Both the position numbers and the translations under genes were made by a program. This document shows, one piece after another, positions 1 to 11,445 of a stretch of DNA of 63,117 nucleotides. Position 1 is the stretch's first letter; each line of letters opens with the position of its first letter. The notes beneath the pieces are model-generated. The model was not told the DNA's origin. It was given only the letters and a program-made list of their open reading frames with translations, and did not search any database. This DNA is from Candidatus Bathyarchaeota archaeon (GTDB lineage Archaea; Thermoproteota; Bathyarchaeia; TCS64): the NCBI GenBank assembly GCA_043826455.1, contig JBDRQD010000075.1, forward strand, positions 1 through 63,117. Direction: 5' to 3'.

Positions 1-297
1 TACTGCCCAAAATGGTTTTGAGTTAGCTGTGTTCCCTATTTTGCCGCGTGTGTGGTCGGTTTCATGAAGGTAGACAATGCGGGTCATGGGTCTTCGATTA
101 CGCTATGTGTGTAATGCTGGTTAAAATTGTGTTTCAAGAACGATGATTGCGTCAAAGCATTGATAATTTATGTCGCACGAGGATAGACCTAGGTCCTGGA
201 GTGTTGAAAAGTGGGAACACTATCTCCCTTATTCTACCGGCTTACTACTCAAAGTGCTCCTAGAACAGAGGATAACCTTACTTGCAGGCAGATAATT

Positions 298-423
298 TCA
301 CCCCTTCTTCTTCGCGAGCTGTCTCCTCGCGTCCTCCTACGGGCTGATGAGCTCCTCGATGATCTTGTTTAACCTGCTGTAGATGTGGCAGTTCTTGCAG
401 TGGAAGATCATCTCGCTGGTCGC
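298..423 (-). pseudogene. Duplicated 3' fragment (42 codons) of thymidylate synthase
   Basis: Aligns ungapped to 1917-2042 with 9 mismatches, one creating an in-frame TAG. Confidence 0.9.
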
Positions 424-482
424 ACCATGTTTACTGCTGAGCGAAGGCCCCCTCCTCACCTGTGCAAGCGACCAGAATCGAC

Positions 483-504
483 GTGCGGAGGTGGGTTCGT
501 ACCC
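483..504 (-). repeat. Degenerate tRNA-Leu 3' fragment (att-like)
   Basis: gtgcggaggtgggttcgtaccc vs tRNA gtgcggggggtggggttcgaaccc. Confidence 0.55.
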
Positions 505-520
505 TCATCTTGTTACTGTC

Positions 521-1114
521 TCATGTCTGCACCGATTTCATTATGAAACCCAATATGTCTACCCACGTCTTCCTGACCTCGTTTCTATCAGCCCCCATCG
601 TCAGGTGGCCGTAGAGCCCGTCGCGCAGAGCTAATATCCCTCTTGACAGCGACGAGGAGTCGACGTCAGCCTTTATTTCGCCTCTGCCCTTCATCTCTTC
701 TATCAAGCCCAAGAGTCCTTGACTCCATTCCTCTGCCAATCCGACGAATTGTTTCCTCAGCTCCCTGTTGCGGTCTGTCTCTCGAAGCAGGTCTACGCTG
801 AGGGGTAGACTGCTCAGGCGCAGCTTGAGCATCTCGTCGAAGAACTCGGCCGTGGCCAGCGACTTGAATGAGCCGGAGTCGAGGAAGCGTCGCACGGCTC
901 CGGCCCTCCTTTCGCCGTGGTGCCTTATCGCCTCGATGAATAGCTGCTCCTTGCTCTCGAAATACTCGTATATGGCGCCCTTACTCACGCCCATGTCGCT
1001 GGCTATGTCCGTCATCCTGGTATGGTAGTAGCCGCGCTTGGAGAACATCTTCAGGGCGTGCTCCATGATCTTCTCACGGGCCTGTTCCTTGTACTCTGGC
1101 ACGACTCTTGGCAA
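521..1114 (-). CDS. TetR/AcrR family transcriptional regulator
   Basis: N-terminal HTH 'FSKRGYYHTRMTDIASDMGVSKGAIYEYFESKEQLF'. Confidence 0.92.
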   Translation of the reverse strand: MPRVVPEYKEQAREKIMEHALKMFSKRGYYHTRMTDIASDMGVSKGAIYEYFESKEQLFIEAIRHHGERRAGAVRRFLDSGSFKSLATAEFFDEMLKLRLSSLPLSVDLLRETDRNRELRKQFVGLAEEWSQGLLGLIEEMKGRGEIKADVDSSSLSRGILALRDGLYGHLTMGADRNEVRKTWVDILGFIMKSVQT

Positions 1115-1175
1115 TGTGGGTTCTCCGTACTATTAACGCTGAAGGATGTTTATATAAGCAACCCTCAGGTAAGGA

Positions 1176-1193
1176 ATACCGACCCGTAGGTAT
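1176..1193. promoter_or_regulatory. Putative TetR operator in a divergent promoter
   Basis: ATACCGAC-CC-GTAGGTAT imperfect palindrome between TATA-like boxes at ~1149 and ~1195. Confidence 0.6.
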
Positions 1194-1236
1194 GTTTTTA
1201 TACTTACAAGTTCCATTCGGTTTTAAGGTGTCCAGG

Positions 1237-1836
1237 GTGGATGAGGAACAGCTTTTCCGCCTGCTCTTCGTGTCCATATACGCCGTCTTCTTCGGCGTAA
1301 GGATACGCTACCGGGTGGAGTCCGCGAGAAGGAAGCCTGAGAAGCGCCAGAAGATAAGAATCTGGCCCTATGGAATACTTGTCATAGCCATACTCAGTTA
1401 CCTCGCGTCCATAGTCCTCTACATGCTCGACGTCCGTTGGGTCTCCTGGTCGAGGCTGGGGTTACCTCTTTGGCTGCGATGGCTGGGAGTCGTAGGTGCG
1501 TTGGCCTCAACCGTCCTCGTGGCATGGACCCATCGTGTGTTGGGTAGGCAATACGCCGCCGAGTTCGCCATCCAGAAGGACCACGTCCTCGTCACGACGG
1601 ATCCGTACGCCAGGACGCGGCACCCGATGTACATGGCCTTGAACGCGTTCTCGCTCTCCATGGCCTTGATGACATCCAACCTCCTCATCATCTTCTTCGC
1701 GGTTCTTGTCGCCGTGCCCTTCCCATGGATCGCTGCAGAGGAGGAGCGGATGCTTCTCGAGACCTTCGGAGAGGAGTACCGGGAGTACATGGGCAGGACG
1801 GGGCGGTTCTTTCCAAAGATATGGCAGAGGCCTTAA
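1237..1836 (+). CDS. Isoprenylcysteine carboxyl methyltransferase (ICMT/Ste14) family membrane protein
   Basis: TM helices, 'LVTTDPYARTRHPMY', 'EEERML..FGEEYREY'; GTG start at 1237 inferred. Confidence 0.85.
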   Translation: MDEEQLFRLLFVSIYAVFFGVRIRYRVESARRKPEKRQKIRIWPYGILVIAILSYLASIVLYMLDVRWVSWSRLGLPLWLRWLGVVGALASTVLVAWTHRVLGRQYAAEFAIQKDHVLVTTDPYARTRHPMYMALNAFSLSMALMTSNLLIIFFAVLVAVPFPWIAAEEERMLLETFGEEYREYMGRTGRFFPKIWQRP

Positions 1837-1916
1837 TGATCTGGGAGACTTGAGTTAGCATTAAGGAAGATGGGTGGTCACCATGCATGTTCACTTTAGA
1901 CTGTACTTAGGTGAGC

Positions 1917-2624
1917 TCACCCTTTCTTCTTGGCGAGCTGTCTCCTCGCGTCCTCCTCCGGGCTGATGAGCTCCTCAATGATCTTGTCTAACCTGCTGTA
2001 GATGTGGCAGTTCTTGCAGTGGAATATCATCTTGCCTGTCGCGTAGCGTTTCCCGCTGCGCCTGTTGACCTCGGCGACGAGGGCCTCTAGGAATATCTGG
2101 ATGCCCGCCAGGTTCGCGGGCAGCCCCGCGTAGCCGTCCCAGGACCTGAAGTACCCGGTGGTGTGCAGCTTGCCCTCGTGGACCTCTAGGTCGAGTATGG
2201 TGAGGCAGGGGGGCTCGTGCTTCATCCCGGCGAGCTCCTTCTGAAGGTCCTCGGGTCTCCTGATGAGCATGGTCACCTGCCTGTCCCTGGGCTCCTCCGC
2301 GAGCCTCTGGATGGCCAGCTCCACCTGGTCGATGGGTTCCCTGAGTCTTCCTCCGTAGGTGTATGTCTCCCCCTCCGCTTTCTCCCCCAGCCACAGGTAC
2401 TGGAGAGCGTAGGAGGTCACGTACTTCATGTCGCAGGGGGCCTTGTCGGCGATGAGGGGCCTGAGGTGGGGGTTCTCTATCTCGAGGGTGAGGTTGAGCT
2501 TCTTGGTCTCCGTGACCTCGGAGCCGTACCCCACGTAGAATGAGTCGCCCTTTGTCCAGATTCGTTCCAGGGTCTTGTACCAGCCGTCTGGTATGTCGAA
2601 GGCTTTGATGTGTTCGTACCTCAT
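1917..2624 (-). CDS. thyA: Archaeal-type thymidylate synthase
   Basis: 'YTYGGRL', catalytic 'PPCL', 'FRSWD..GLPANL', 'HIY'. Confidence 0.85.
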   Translation of the reverse strand: MRYEHIKAFDIPDGWYKTLERIWTKGDSFYVGYGSEVTETKKLNLTLEIENPHLRPLIADKAPCDMKYVTSYALQYLWLGEKAEGETYTYGGRLREPIDQVELAIQRLAEEPRDRQVTMLIRRPEDLQKELAGMKHEPPCLTILDLEVHEGKLHTTGYFRSWDGYAGLPANLAGIQIFLEALVAEVNRRSGKRYATGKMIFHCKNCHIYSRLDKIIEELISPEEDARRQLAKKKG

Positions 2625-2728
2625 GGAGGCCCCACAGATATCAAGCTAGGCGAGTGTATACTTATTTTTTGGGTACAAGCGAACAAACAATTTTTTCTTT
2701 TTTTAAGCAACATGGTACAAGGATAAAA

Positions 2729-2742
2729 TGGTGCGGGAGGTG
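2729..2742 (-). repeat. tRNA-Leu 3' fragment
   Basis: tggtgcgggaggtg; 13/14 to the tRNA end, identical to the 7294 copy. Confidence 0.6.
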
Positions 2743-2770
2743 CCCACACAAAATACTCTAAATAGTAGGT

Positions 2771-2804
2771 TGATGGGTCTGGGGGAAAGCACCCAGACCA
2801 ATCA
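2771..2804 (-). terminator. Hairpin downstream of pepF
   Basis: TGATGGGTCTGGG...CCCAGACCAATCA 13-bp stem with 1 mismatch. Confidence 0.45.
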
Positions 2805-2822
2805 CTCTAAACCCTAGTTCTC

Positions 2823-4631
<1,809 letters not shown>

Positions 4632-4723
4632 TTCGTCTAGACTCCTTTAAAGATTAACTGTCAAGAGGAGTTAATTAATCTACGTGAATAGGATAACCCC
4701 GCCGAAAAAGGGCCAATACAGTA

Positions 4724-5098
4724 TTATTTGAAACCGTGTCGATACTTCTTCAGATCTATTTTTCCATCTACTACCGTGACCCCTTCGCCTCTTAACATCG
4801 CGATCTTCTCCTCGACGGCGCCTTTTTCTCCTCCTCTGAAGTTGCCGATGTTTCCATCTGATTTAATGACGCGGTGGCAGGGAATTTGGGGTCCACAGAG
4901 ATTGTTTTTCATGGTTGTACCGACGGCTCGACTGGCGTCTGGCGACCATTTTGGGTCTCTTCGTGCTAGTTCTTTAGCTAGGTCGCCGTATGTTGTTACC
5001 TTTCCTTTGGGGACCTCGGCGAGTATTCTGAGGATGGCTTGTTGGTAGGGGCTTAGTGTTGCTAGCTTCTTCTCGTCCTCTGCTGTGATGTGATACAT
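4724..5098 (-). CDS. O6-methylguanine-DNA methyltransferase family protein
   Basis: 'PKGKVTTYGDLA', 'RAVG', active site 'IPCHRVI'. Confidence 0.9.
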   Translation of the reverse strand: MYHITAEDEKKLATLSPYQQAILRILAEVPKGKVTTYGDLAKELARRDPKWSPDASRAVGTTMKNNLCGPQIPCHRVIKSDGNIGNFRGGEKGAVEEKIAMLRGEGVTVVDGKIDLKKYRHGFK

Positions 5099-5337
5099 TT
5101 TCTCGGTTGATCACTGGTGATTCCTTTATTATCGTTTGCCTATCAGCTGCGAGGATGGGTGAGTGAAACTGTTCACCTTCCGAACAGCTGAGAATGGTTA
5201 GACCAAGTCTTGTCTTCATAGGGTTCTTTTCTTAAGAAGGCGTGAGTATGGTTCCCGCCGATACTTCCACGGGGTATCCAGGTATTTGATAAAATGTTTC
5301 ACAGAATATAACTGGTTCAGGTAAACAAAACAGGTGT

Positions 5338-6288
5338 TTAGGCTCCGTAGAACCCGTTGGCGTTGCCCCAGTACAGCTTCTTCAGGACCTTTTGGGGTAG
5401 GTCGAGACCGTTGACGAATGTGCCCCCCGTGTTCTCCGTGTCGGCGTCGTTGAAGGGCAGCGGTGTGTTTCTTTCGCTGGTCTCCCAGAGGATCCTCTGG
5501 GCGATGTATCTGCCGGAGTAGTAGGGGAGGTCGTTGCTGCTGCGTGCGAACAGGTCGGTCCCGAACAGTATCCTGTCCTGGTACTTGATGACGAACTCGC
5601 GCGACTTTTCCGTGTCCTTGCTTAGCTCCCGTGCCATCCACCTTGATGAGGCCGTGTCCATCACGAAGTTGGGGTACTTCTCCATCCAGTCCTCCAGGTG
5701 CGGTAGCCTGTGGGTCTCGGGTTGGGCCGCGAAGTGTGGGACCTGGAAGCGTAGGCCGGGGTGTCTGGCCAGGAGGTTTTCGAGTTCCTTGAGGTGTGCG
5801 TCCTTGGTGCCGTATTTCGCGGAGTCCTTGTACTGGTTGGCGTAGTATGTGTCTGGGTCTCCGACGTGGATGATGAGGGGGATGTCCTTGTCCTCCAGCG
5901 ACTCGTAGATGGGTTCGAGTTTGGGGTGGTCTATGCGGAAGCCCTCTATGACCTTGTTCCAGTCGCGCCACCGTGGGCCGAACCACGTCTTGGCTATGCT
6001 ATATCCTTCTTCTCTGAGGGTTTCTATCTGCTGTAGTACGGGTTCGACGTTGTACTGGGCTATGTCCTTCAGTGACAGGTATTTAGCGAAGACGAACCTA
6101 TCAGGGTACTTTTCCTTGGCTGCCTTGAACCCGTCCTGATCGTGGACGATGCCGAGCTGCCTCGATACGCCGTAGTCGTCCTCGATCTTGATCATCTTTT
6201 CGATGTCGCTGATGGCCCCGATGTGGGTGTACGCATCAAAGATGGGGCCCCTGTACTTCCATCTATCTCCCAATCTGAACAAGGTCAT
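5338..6288 (-). CDS. Amidohydrolase_2 family metal-dependent hydrolase
   Basis: 'DAYTHIG', 'IIHVGDP', 'PHF', 'DRILFGTD'. Confidence 0.82.
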   Translation of the reverse strand: MTLFRLGDRWKYRGPIFDAYTHIGAISDIEKMIKIEDDYGVSRQLGIVHDQDGFKAAKEKYPDRFVFAKYLSLKDIAQYNVEPVLQQIETLREEGYSIAKTWFGPRWRDWNKVIEGFRIDHPKLEPIYESLEDKDIPLIIHVGDPDTYYANQYKDSAKYGTKDAHLKELENLLARHPGLRFQVPHFAAQPETHRLPHLEDWMEKYPNFVMDTASSRWMARELSKDTEKSREFVIKYQDRILFGTDLFARSSNDLPYYSGRYIAQRILWETSERNTPLPFNDADTENTGGTFVNGLDLPQKVLKKLYWGNANGFYGA

Positions 6289-6432
6289 ACGCTGTCATCC
6301 TAGCATAAAGGCAATTCCATGAACATGCCTTGAATGAACCACGTCGAATGTTTTCTTCGCCACTTATACCAGGAATAATTACTTACGCTAAATTGAACAC
6401 TGAAAGCTCCCTTCAACAGGAACCAGAAGGAA

Positions 6433-6460
6433 TGATGCGAGGAGTGGGGTTCGAACCCTA
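6433..6460 (-). repeat. Degenerate tRNA-Leu 3' fragment
   Basis: tgatgcgaggagtggggttcgaacccta matches acceptor plus T arm with 3 mismatches over the first 26 bp. Confidence 0.75.
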
Positions 6461-6485
6461 CCACAGGAGGTAGAAATACCGTCTT

Positions 6486-7175
6486 TTAATCGGATAGTTC
6501 TGATATTATGTTCTTCAATTCTAACAGGTTAGTGATTATTTTGTCTGCTCCTGCTGCTCTTAACTTCTCTTCAGAAACAGTATTAGTAATGGCAACCACA
6601 TAACAACCGGCATTCTTACCCGCTTTAACCCCTGACACACTATCTTCAACAAAAACCATATTCTCAGGCTTCACACCCAGTTTATCACAAGCATAAAAAA
6701 TGATATCCGGGTTCGGTTTACCTTCTTCAACTAAATCTCGGGTCACAATTGTTTTAAAATATTTATTGAAATCAACGTTTCTAGACCTTAAATTCGTGAA
6801 TAATCCATCGACAACATTTCCATAAGTATTCGTAATAATAGCAGTCCTCTCAGTCGTTTCTGAAACATACTCTAAAACCTCTATTACGTTATCATTTACT
6901 TTCACAAGATCGATTGATGAAAGAAAATTATTGATGAATGTTTGAACAGCTTCTTCTAATTCAGGTTCAGATAAATTGAGGTGAGATGAAATCACTTTCT
7001 TCATGTCAACGCCAACATGGTTTTCATAAAAGAATGCCTTTGTGACCCCCTCTTGTTTTCCAAGTTGTTTTAAAGTCACATCTAATCCGTGATGCCACGC
7101 ATCATTAGTTTCTATCAAAGTTCCGTCAAGATCAAAAGTGATGGCATCTACCTTCATTCGATTCACCTGTAACAA
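6486..7175 (-). CDS. HAD-IA family hydrolase (AT-rich, foreign-looking)
   Basis: 'FDLDGTL', 'ITN', 'KPNPD', 'EDSVSG'; the start may be the later ATG (MKVD). Confidence 0.9.
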   Translation of the reverse strand: MLQVNRMKVDAITFDLDGTLIETNDAWHHGLDVTLKQLGKQEGVTKAFFYENHVGVDMKKVISSHLNLSEPELEEAVQTFINNFLSSIDLVKVNDNVIEVLEYVSETTERTAIITNTYGNVVDGLFTNLRSRNVDFNKYFKTIVTRDLVEEGKPNPDIIFYACDKLGVKPENMVFVEDSVSGVKAGKNAGCYVVAITNTVSEEKLRAAGADKIITNLLELKNIISELSD

Positions 7176-7210
7176 TATCCATGCATGGTTTATTTAAAAA
7201 ATCAAGATAT

Positions 7211-7223
7211 GGTTCGAACCCTA
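7211..7223 (-). repeat. T-loop core repeat GGTTCGAACCCTA
   Basis: Identical to 6448-6460. Confidence 0.65.
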
Positions 7224-7293
7224 TCGAGAAAGGATTCAGCTTCGCGCTAAAAGACCCTGATGGATTGATTTTTTGATACGGGAGGTTTAACTG

Positions 7294-7335
7294 TGGTGCG
7301 GGAGGTGAGGTTCGAACCCACCGAGGACTAACCAT
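7294..7335 (-). repeat. tRNA-Leu 3' half copy (attR-like)
   Basis: 42 bp, 3 mismatches vs 11642-11683. Confidence 0.92.
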
Positions 7336-7380
7336 ATGGTGCCGGTTAAGCCGAACCGAGTAATTAGAGAGCGCATAGGA

Positions 7381-7842
7381 TCAGAGTAACCCCAAGGCCG
7401 AGAGAATAGTCATGAAACCTGTGACCAGCATGAGCAGAAGCGCTATCTTCTTGAAGGCTGCTTCATCCACTTTCCGAGACAGCCAGATACCAAGAGTGGC
7501 CCCCAGAAACATGATCGGCACCATGACCGCTGATGAGCCGATGAGGTCCGCCGTGATGAGGTTGCCGTACACATAGGCTGGGATGGTGGCTATGTAGAGG
7601 CTGAAGAAGTAGGCTATGAGGTTGGCCCTGAACACCGTCTTCTCGACTTTCTGGTTGTTGAAGAAGAGGACGACGGGGGGTCCGCTGATGGAGATCGAGC
7701 CTCCGAGGACCCCGCTCACAAGCCCGATCGGTATGCTCGCCGCCCTGGCGTTGTTTATCTCTCTTCTTACGCCCAACATGGAGGCCGCTGCTTCAAGAAC
7801 CGGATAGAGAGTATCTGAAAGCCGGGCCCCGGCTGTGATCAA
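7381..7842 (-). pseudogene. C-terminal part of a TauE/SafE (TSUP) transporter, probably 5'-truncated
   Basis: 'GLVSGVLGGSISISGPP', 'FRANL', 'GATLGIWL'; about half the usual family length, N-terminal repeat missing. Confidence 0.65.
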
Positions 7843-8492
7843 ATGCTTGATCTGAGCGTCGTGAGGGAGTGGCTGAGGTTGGCCCTCGCGTTCGCCTCGT
7901 ACTTCTCCCTGAAGTGGCCCGTGTGGTAGACATGGTCCCTCTCAAGGAACCGCGCCAGTACCTCAGTTCTTCCGGCCTTGAATCTGTCCTCGGGTACCCA
8001 GCTGTACTCCCGCCTGATGCCGTCCTCGTACTCCCGGTACTCCTCCGCAGGACTGCCCAGTATGGCTAGGTCGATGTCCGCGATGAGCCTCTCATCGTCG
8101 CTTCTAGGGGGATCGGTGTGTTTGGTCGCCAGTATTAGGCTTCGGATTCGCTCAAGGATTTCCTTCTCTGTGAGTTTGCCGAGGGTTTCCATGGCGTACC
8201 CAGCGCTTGCCTCCTCGTTGTCGCTCCGCCTGGGGTCGTAGACGGCGTCGTGGAACCATAGTGCGAGCTCCACCTCGAAGGGGTGGTGGGCGTGGCTGCG
8301 GGCCTCGGTGAGCTCCTGGAGGCACCGGGATATGTGGGGGAGGTTGTGGTAGTGTCTGTGGGGCTCGCTGTACCGTTTCACCAGGTCGCTGTAGATGTCG
8401 CGTAGGACGGTGTCCTTGGCTTGATCGTTCCACAGCTCCAGCCATCTGGCTAGGGTGGCGTGGGTGGCCGTTTCTTCTCTCCGGCGGTGCAT
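7839..8492 (-). CDS. HD-superfamily metal-dependent phosphohydrolase (COG4339-like)
   Basis: 'YSEPHRHYHNLPHI', 'ALWFHDAVYDP', 'DIDLAILG', 'IRREY'. Confidence 0.85.
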   Translation of the reverse strand: MHRRREETATHATLARWLELWNDQAKDTVLRDIYSDLVKRYSEPHRHYHNLPHISRCLQELTEARSHAHHPFEVELALWFHDAVYDPRRSDNEEASAGYAMETLGKLTEKEILERIRSLILATKHTDPPRSDDERLIADIDLAILGSPAEEYREYEDGIRREYSWVPEDRFKAGRTEVLARFLERDHVYHTGHFREKYEANARANLSHSLTTLRSSI

Positions 8493-8585
8493 CGTGGATG
8501 ATCCTTTGAAGGGCGTGTGAATTATAGTTGATCCTCACGCGAGCGTAAGAAAGACTAAATAGATATTCGGGACCCGGTTTAACCC

Positions 8586-9335
8586 ATGAACGTCGTTAAG
8601 GATATGTTGAAGGCGGGTAAGACCGCCATAGGGACCACCGCGGGTCTGACGAGCCCCGTGGACTTTCTGGCCGACTCCGGGTTCGATTTCATCCTCTTTG
8701 ACACCCAGCACTCGGCCGTGGAGATCAAGGAGCTGCAGTATCAGCTCCAGGCCATGAAGGGCAAGAAGGCTGTCCCCGTCGTCAGGGTGGGGGATAACAG
8801 GCAGGATCAGGTCTGCTACGCCCTGGACATCGGCGCCAAGGGCATCATAGTGCCCATGGTGAACAACAAGAAGGAGATGGTGAACATGACGCAGTACTGC
8901 TGGTATCCGCATAAGGGCATCAGGAGCTCCGCGGGGATGCGGGGCGAGTGGGGGACCTTCAAGAACTACCGGGAGTACATGGACGCATTCAACGAGCAGC
9001 TGCTGGTCATCCCCATGATAGAGACGGTGGAGGCGATGAGCAACCTGGAGGACATGCTCTCCGTTCCGGGGATCGACGTGCTGCTGGTGGGCCCCTCGGA
9101 CCTCTCCATCAACCTAGACCTGACCTTGGACTATGATAACCCGAAGTACGGGAAGGCCTTGGACAAGATAGCGGGCGCCTGCGAGGACGCCGGCGTCGTC
9201 CCCGGCATGTACTTCCTTCCCGCGGGCCACGACCCCAGCGGGTACGTTGAGAGGGGGTTCAGGTTCTTCACCGTGCCGTGGAGCCAGTGGGCGGCCACAG
9301 GCATCAAGAACGGCCTAGCGACAATAAAAAGATAG
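8586..9335 (+). CDS. HpcH/HpaI aldolase family protein
   Basis: 'GFDFILFDTQH', 'LDIGAKGIIVPMV', 'MIET', 'VGPSDLS'. Confidence 0.9.
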   Translation: MNVVKDMLKAGKTAIGTTAGLTSPVDFLADSGFDFILFDTQHSAVEIKELQYQLQAMKGKKAVPVVRVGDNRQDQVCYALDIGAKGIIVPMVNNKKEMVNMTQYCWYPHKGIRSSAGMRGEWGTFKNYREYMDAFNEQLLVIPMIETVEAMSNLEDMLSVPGIDVLLVGPSDLSINLDLTLDYDNPKYGKALDKIAGACEDAGVVPGMYFLPAGHDPSGYVERGFRFFTVPWSQWAATGIKNGLATIKR

Positions 9336-9430
9336 GATAAAAGGGGAAGCCGCGTTATCCCCTTCTCTGAAACCTCTTTTTCATTTTACACATCTTTCAC
9401 TAATATTATCAAAGCTGAATAGAGGTCAAA

Positions 9431-9446
9431 GTGCGGGGGGTGGGGT
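9431..9446 (-). repeat. tRNA-Leu 3' fragment
   Basis: gtgcggggggtggggt, 16/16 identical to 11644-11659. Confidence 0.75.
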
Positions 9447-9486
9447 GGCCACACCAAAGTCCGAGGCATGCGCAGAATAAATGAAA

Positions 9487-11445
9487 TTAGATATCCATGG
9501 CAGAGAAATAGCCCATATGAATCGCCTCCATAACCGTCGCCGGCTGCAGACAATCTCCAATCACACTAAAATCTAGTGCGCAGTTGCGCAGGGACTCGAC
9601 CATCTCTGTCCTCGGCTTCAGCCCCACCGCCAATAATATCGTGTCCGCCTCGTAGAACCTCTCTTCTCCCTTCTCATTCACCGCAAACACGCCCCCCTCC
9701 GTTACTCGTGTACACTTTACACGTGTCTCCAGCCTGACGCTTTTCTCGAGCTCCCTCATCAGCCCCAGCCAGTGCAGGTAAGACGCATCCGACGCAGCCT
9801 TCTCAAGCATCTCCAGAATGGTCACTTCCTTACCCAGGTGAGCGAGATGTAGTCCCTCCTCACAACCCACCAGCCCGCCTCCGACAACCACCACCTTCCT
9901 ACCTATAGCGTCTTCATCATACATGCTTGCCGCGACAACCACATTCTTGTTCTTTACCCCGGGTATGTCAGGAATTAACGGCTTGGCCCCTACTGCAGCA
10001 ATTAGAACATCGGGAGAGATTTCTCTAACGACCTCAGGCGTAACTTCCGTATCCATCATTAATCTTATCGGTCGTTCCTGTACTCGCCGGATAAGTAATT
10101 CAGTAAGCTTCCTTGTATCCTCTTTGAAGTATTCACGTTCAGCATACACCAACGTCCCACCGAGCCTATTATTTTTTTCACACAGGATCACCTCATGCCC
10201 CCGGTCTGCAGCCGTGATCGCCGCCTGCATTCCTCCCGGTCCGCCTCCGACCACCATCACCTTTTTCTTTCCGCCACTTACTTGGACAAACCGGCTCTCA
10301 TACTCCCTGCCTATGATCGGATTAACAACACACCTGGCGACAGACCTTGGATATTTCACATAGGGAGTAAATGACTGGCTGATGCAATAATTACAGCGGA
10401 TGCATGGCGTAATGTCTTCCTCGTTCCCTTTTCTCGCCTTCTCCGGTAAGTAGGGGTCAGCCAAAAGCGCCCTCCCCAGGGTTACCATATCCGCCTTTCC
10501 ACTCTCCAGAATCTCTTCCATCTGAGCGGGATAGTTCAATGCCCCAACTGTGTTCACCGGAGTCTTCACAGCTTTCTTGATTGCTTCAGCGAGATACACA
10601 TTACAGCCCCGGGGGAGAAACATACTTGGAAACATTCTGAGGCCGGCAGTTCGATCATTAAATGTTGCCGCGGATACATGAATCAGTTCGACCTTACCAT
10701 CCAGTACTTTTGCTAGTTCGACTGTTTCCTCCAACCTCATCCCGCCTTCCGTGAACTCGTCGCCACTCAAACGTATCTCGATCGGGAAATTCGGTCCGCA
10801 CTTTTTCCGTATGTCTTCGATGATCATCAACGCTATGCGTGCCCTGTTTTCGATGCTTCCTCCGAAGCGGTCCTTCCTGTGGTTGTGCAGTGGGGAGAAC
10901 CACTGTGACAGAAGCCAGCCATGTCCCCCATGGATCATGCACATCTGTACACCGCCCAGCTTAGCCATCTCAGCCGCATTTCCGAAGGCATTCACTACCT
11001 GTTCGATTTCCGCTTCTCCCATCTCAATGATTTGTTTGCCATAGAATGATATTCCCGCACTTGGACCATACACTGCCCCGTCTGGCAGCTGTGTCCTTGA
11101 TCGGATTCCGGCGTGCAATAACTCGATGGAGGGAACTGCACCATGTCTCCTAATCGCATCTGTGGTATTGATCAGAGAGTGCAGGATTCCCGGGTCATCC
11201 AGTGGAGTTACCCTGCCGTGAGATGTTCCTTTCGAATCCACCATGCTTTCTCCTAGGGTCACAATGGCTGCCCCGCCTTTCGCCCGGAGTTCATAATATG
11301 CTGTACCCTCAGCGGTAATGTACCCTTCCGGTGTGCCATGCACCCCCATAGGTGCTGATTCAATCCGATTCTTCAAAATATAGGGCCCTAATTTCATTGG
11401 GCTGAAAAGTTTTGGAAAACGATTCATAGTATTCCCTCTGTACAA
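9487..11445 (-). CDS. NADH:flavin oxidoreductase (OYE barrel + Fe-S + FAD domain; enoate-reductase-like)
   Basis: 'HGGHGWLLSQWFSP..N.R.D..GGS.ENRAR', 'CIRCNYC', 'GGGPGG'; codon usage differs from the core genes. Confidence 0.92.
   Translation of the reverse strand: MYRGNTMNRFPKLFSPMKLGPYILKNRIESAPMGVHGTPEGYITAEGTAYYELRAKGGAAIVTLGESMVDSKGTSHGRVTPLDDPGILHSLINTTDAIRRHGAVPSIELLHAGIRSRTQLPDGAVYGPSAGISFYGKQIIEMGEAEIEQVVNAFGNAAEMAKLGGVQMCMIHGGHGWLLSQWFSPLHNHRKDRFGGSIENRARIALMIIEDIRKKCGPNFPIEIRLSGDEFTEGGMRLEETVELAKVLDGKVELIHVSAATFNDRTAGLRMFPSMFLPRGCNVYLAEAIKKAVKTPVNTVGALNYPAQMEEILESGKADMVTLGRALLADPYLPEKARKGNEEDITPCIRCNYCISQSFTPYVKYPRSVARCVVNPIIGREYESRFVQVSGGKKKVMVVGGGPGGMQAAITAADRGHEVILCEKNNRLGGTLVYAEREYFKEDTRKLTELLIRRVQERPIRLMMDTEVTPEVVREISPDVLIAAVGAKPLIPDIPGVKNKNVVVAASMYDEDAIGRKVVVVGGGLVGCEEGLHLAHLGKEVTILEMLEKAASDASYLHWLGLMRELEKSVRLETRVKCTRVTEGGVFAVNEKGEERFYEADTILLAVGLKPRTEMVESLRNCALDFSVIGDCLQPATVMEAIHMGYFSAMDI

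Noticed and set aside
1..88. Partial minus-strand ORF at the left edge
   Set aside because: Too short (29 codons) to support a call.
7132..7335. ORFs beginning 'MVSPRWVRT/MVSPPWVRT' (also 11360-11683) as paralogous proteins
   Set aside because: The shared translation is simply the tRNA-Leu sequence and its relic read as codons.
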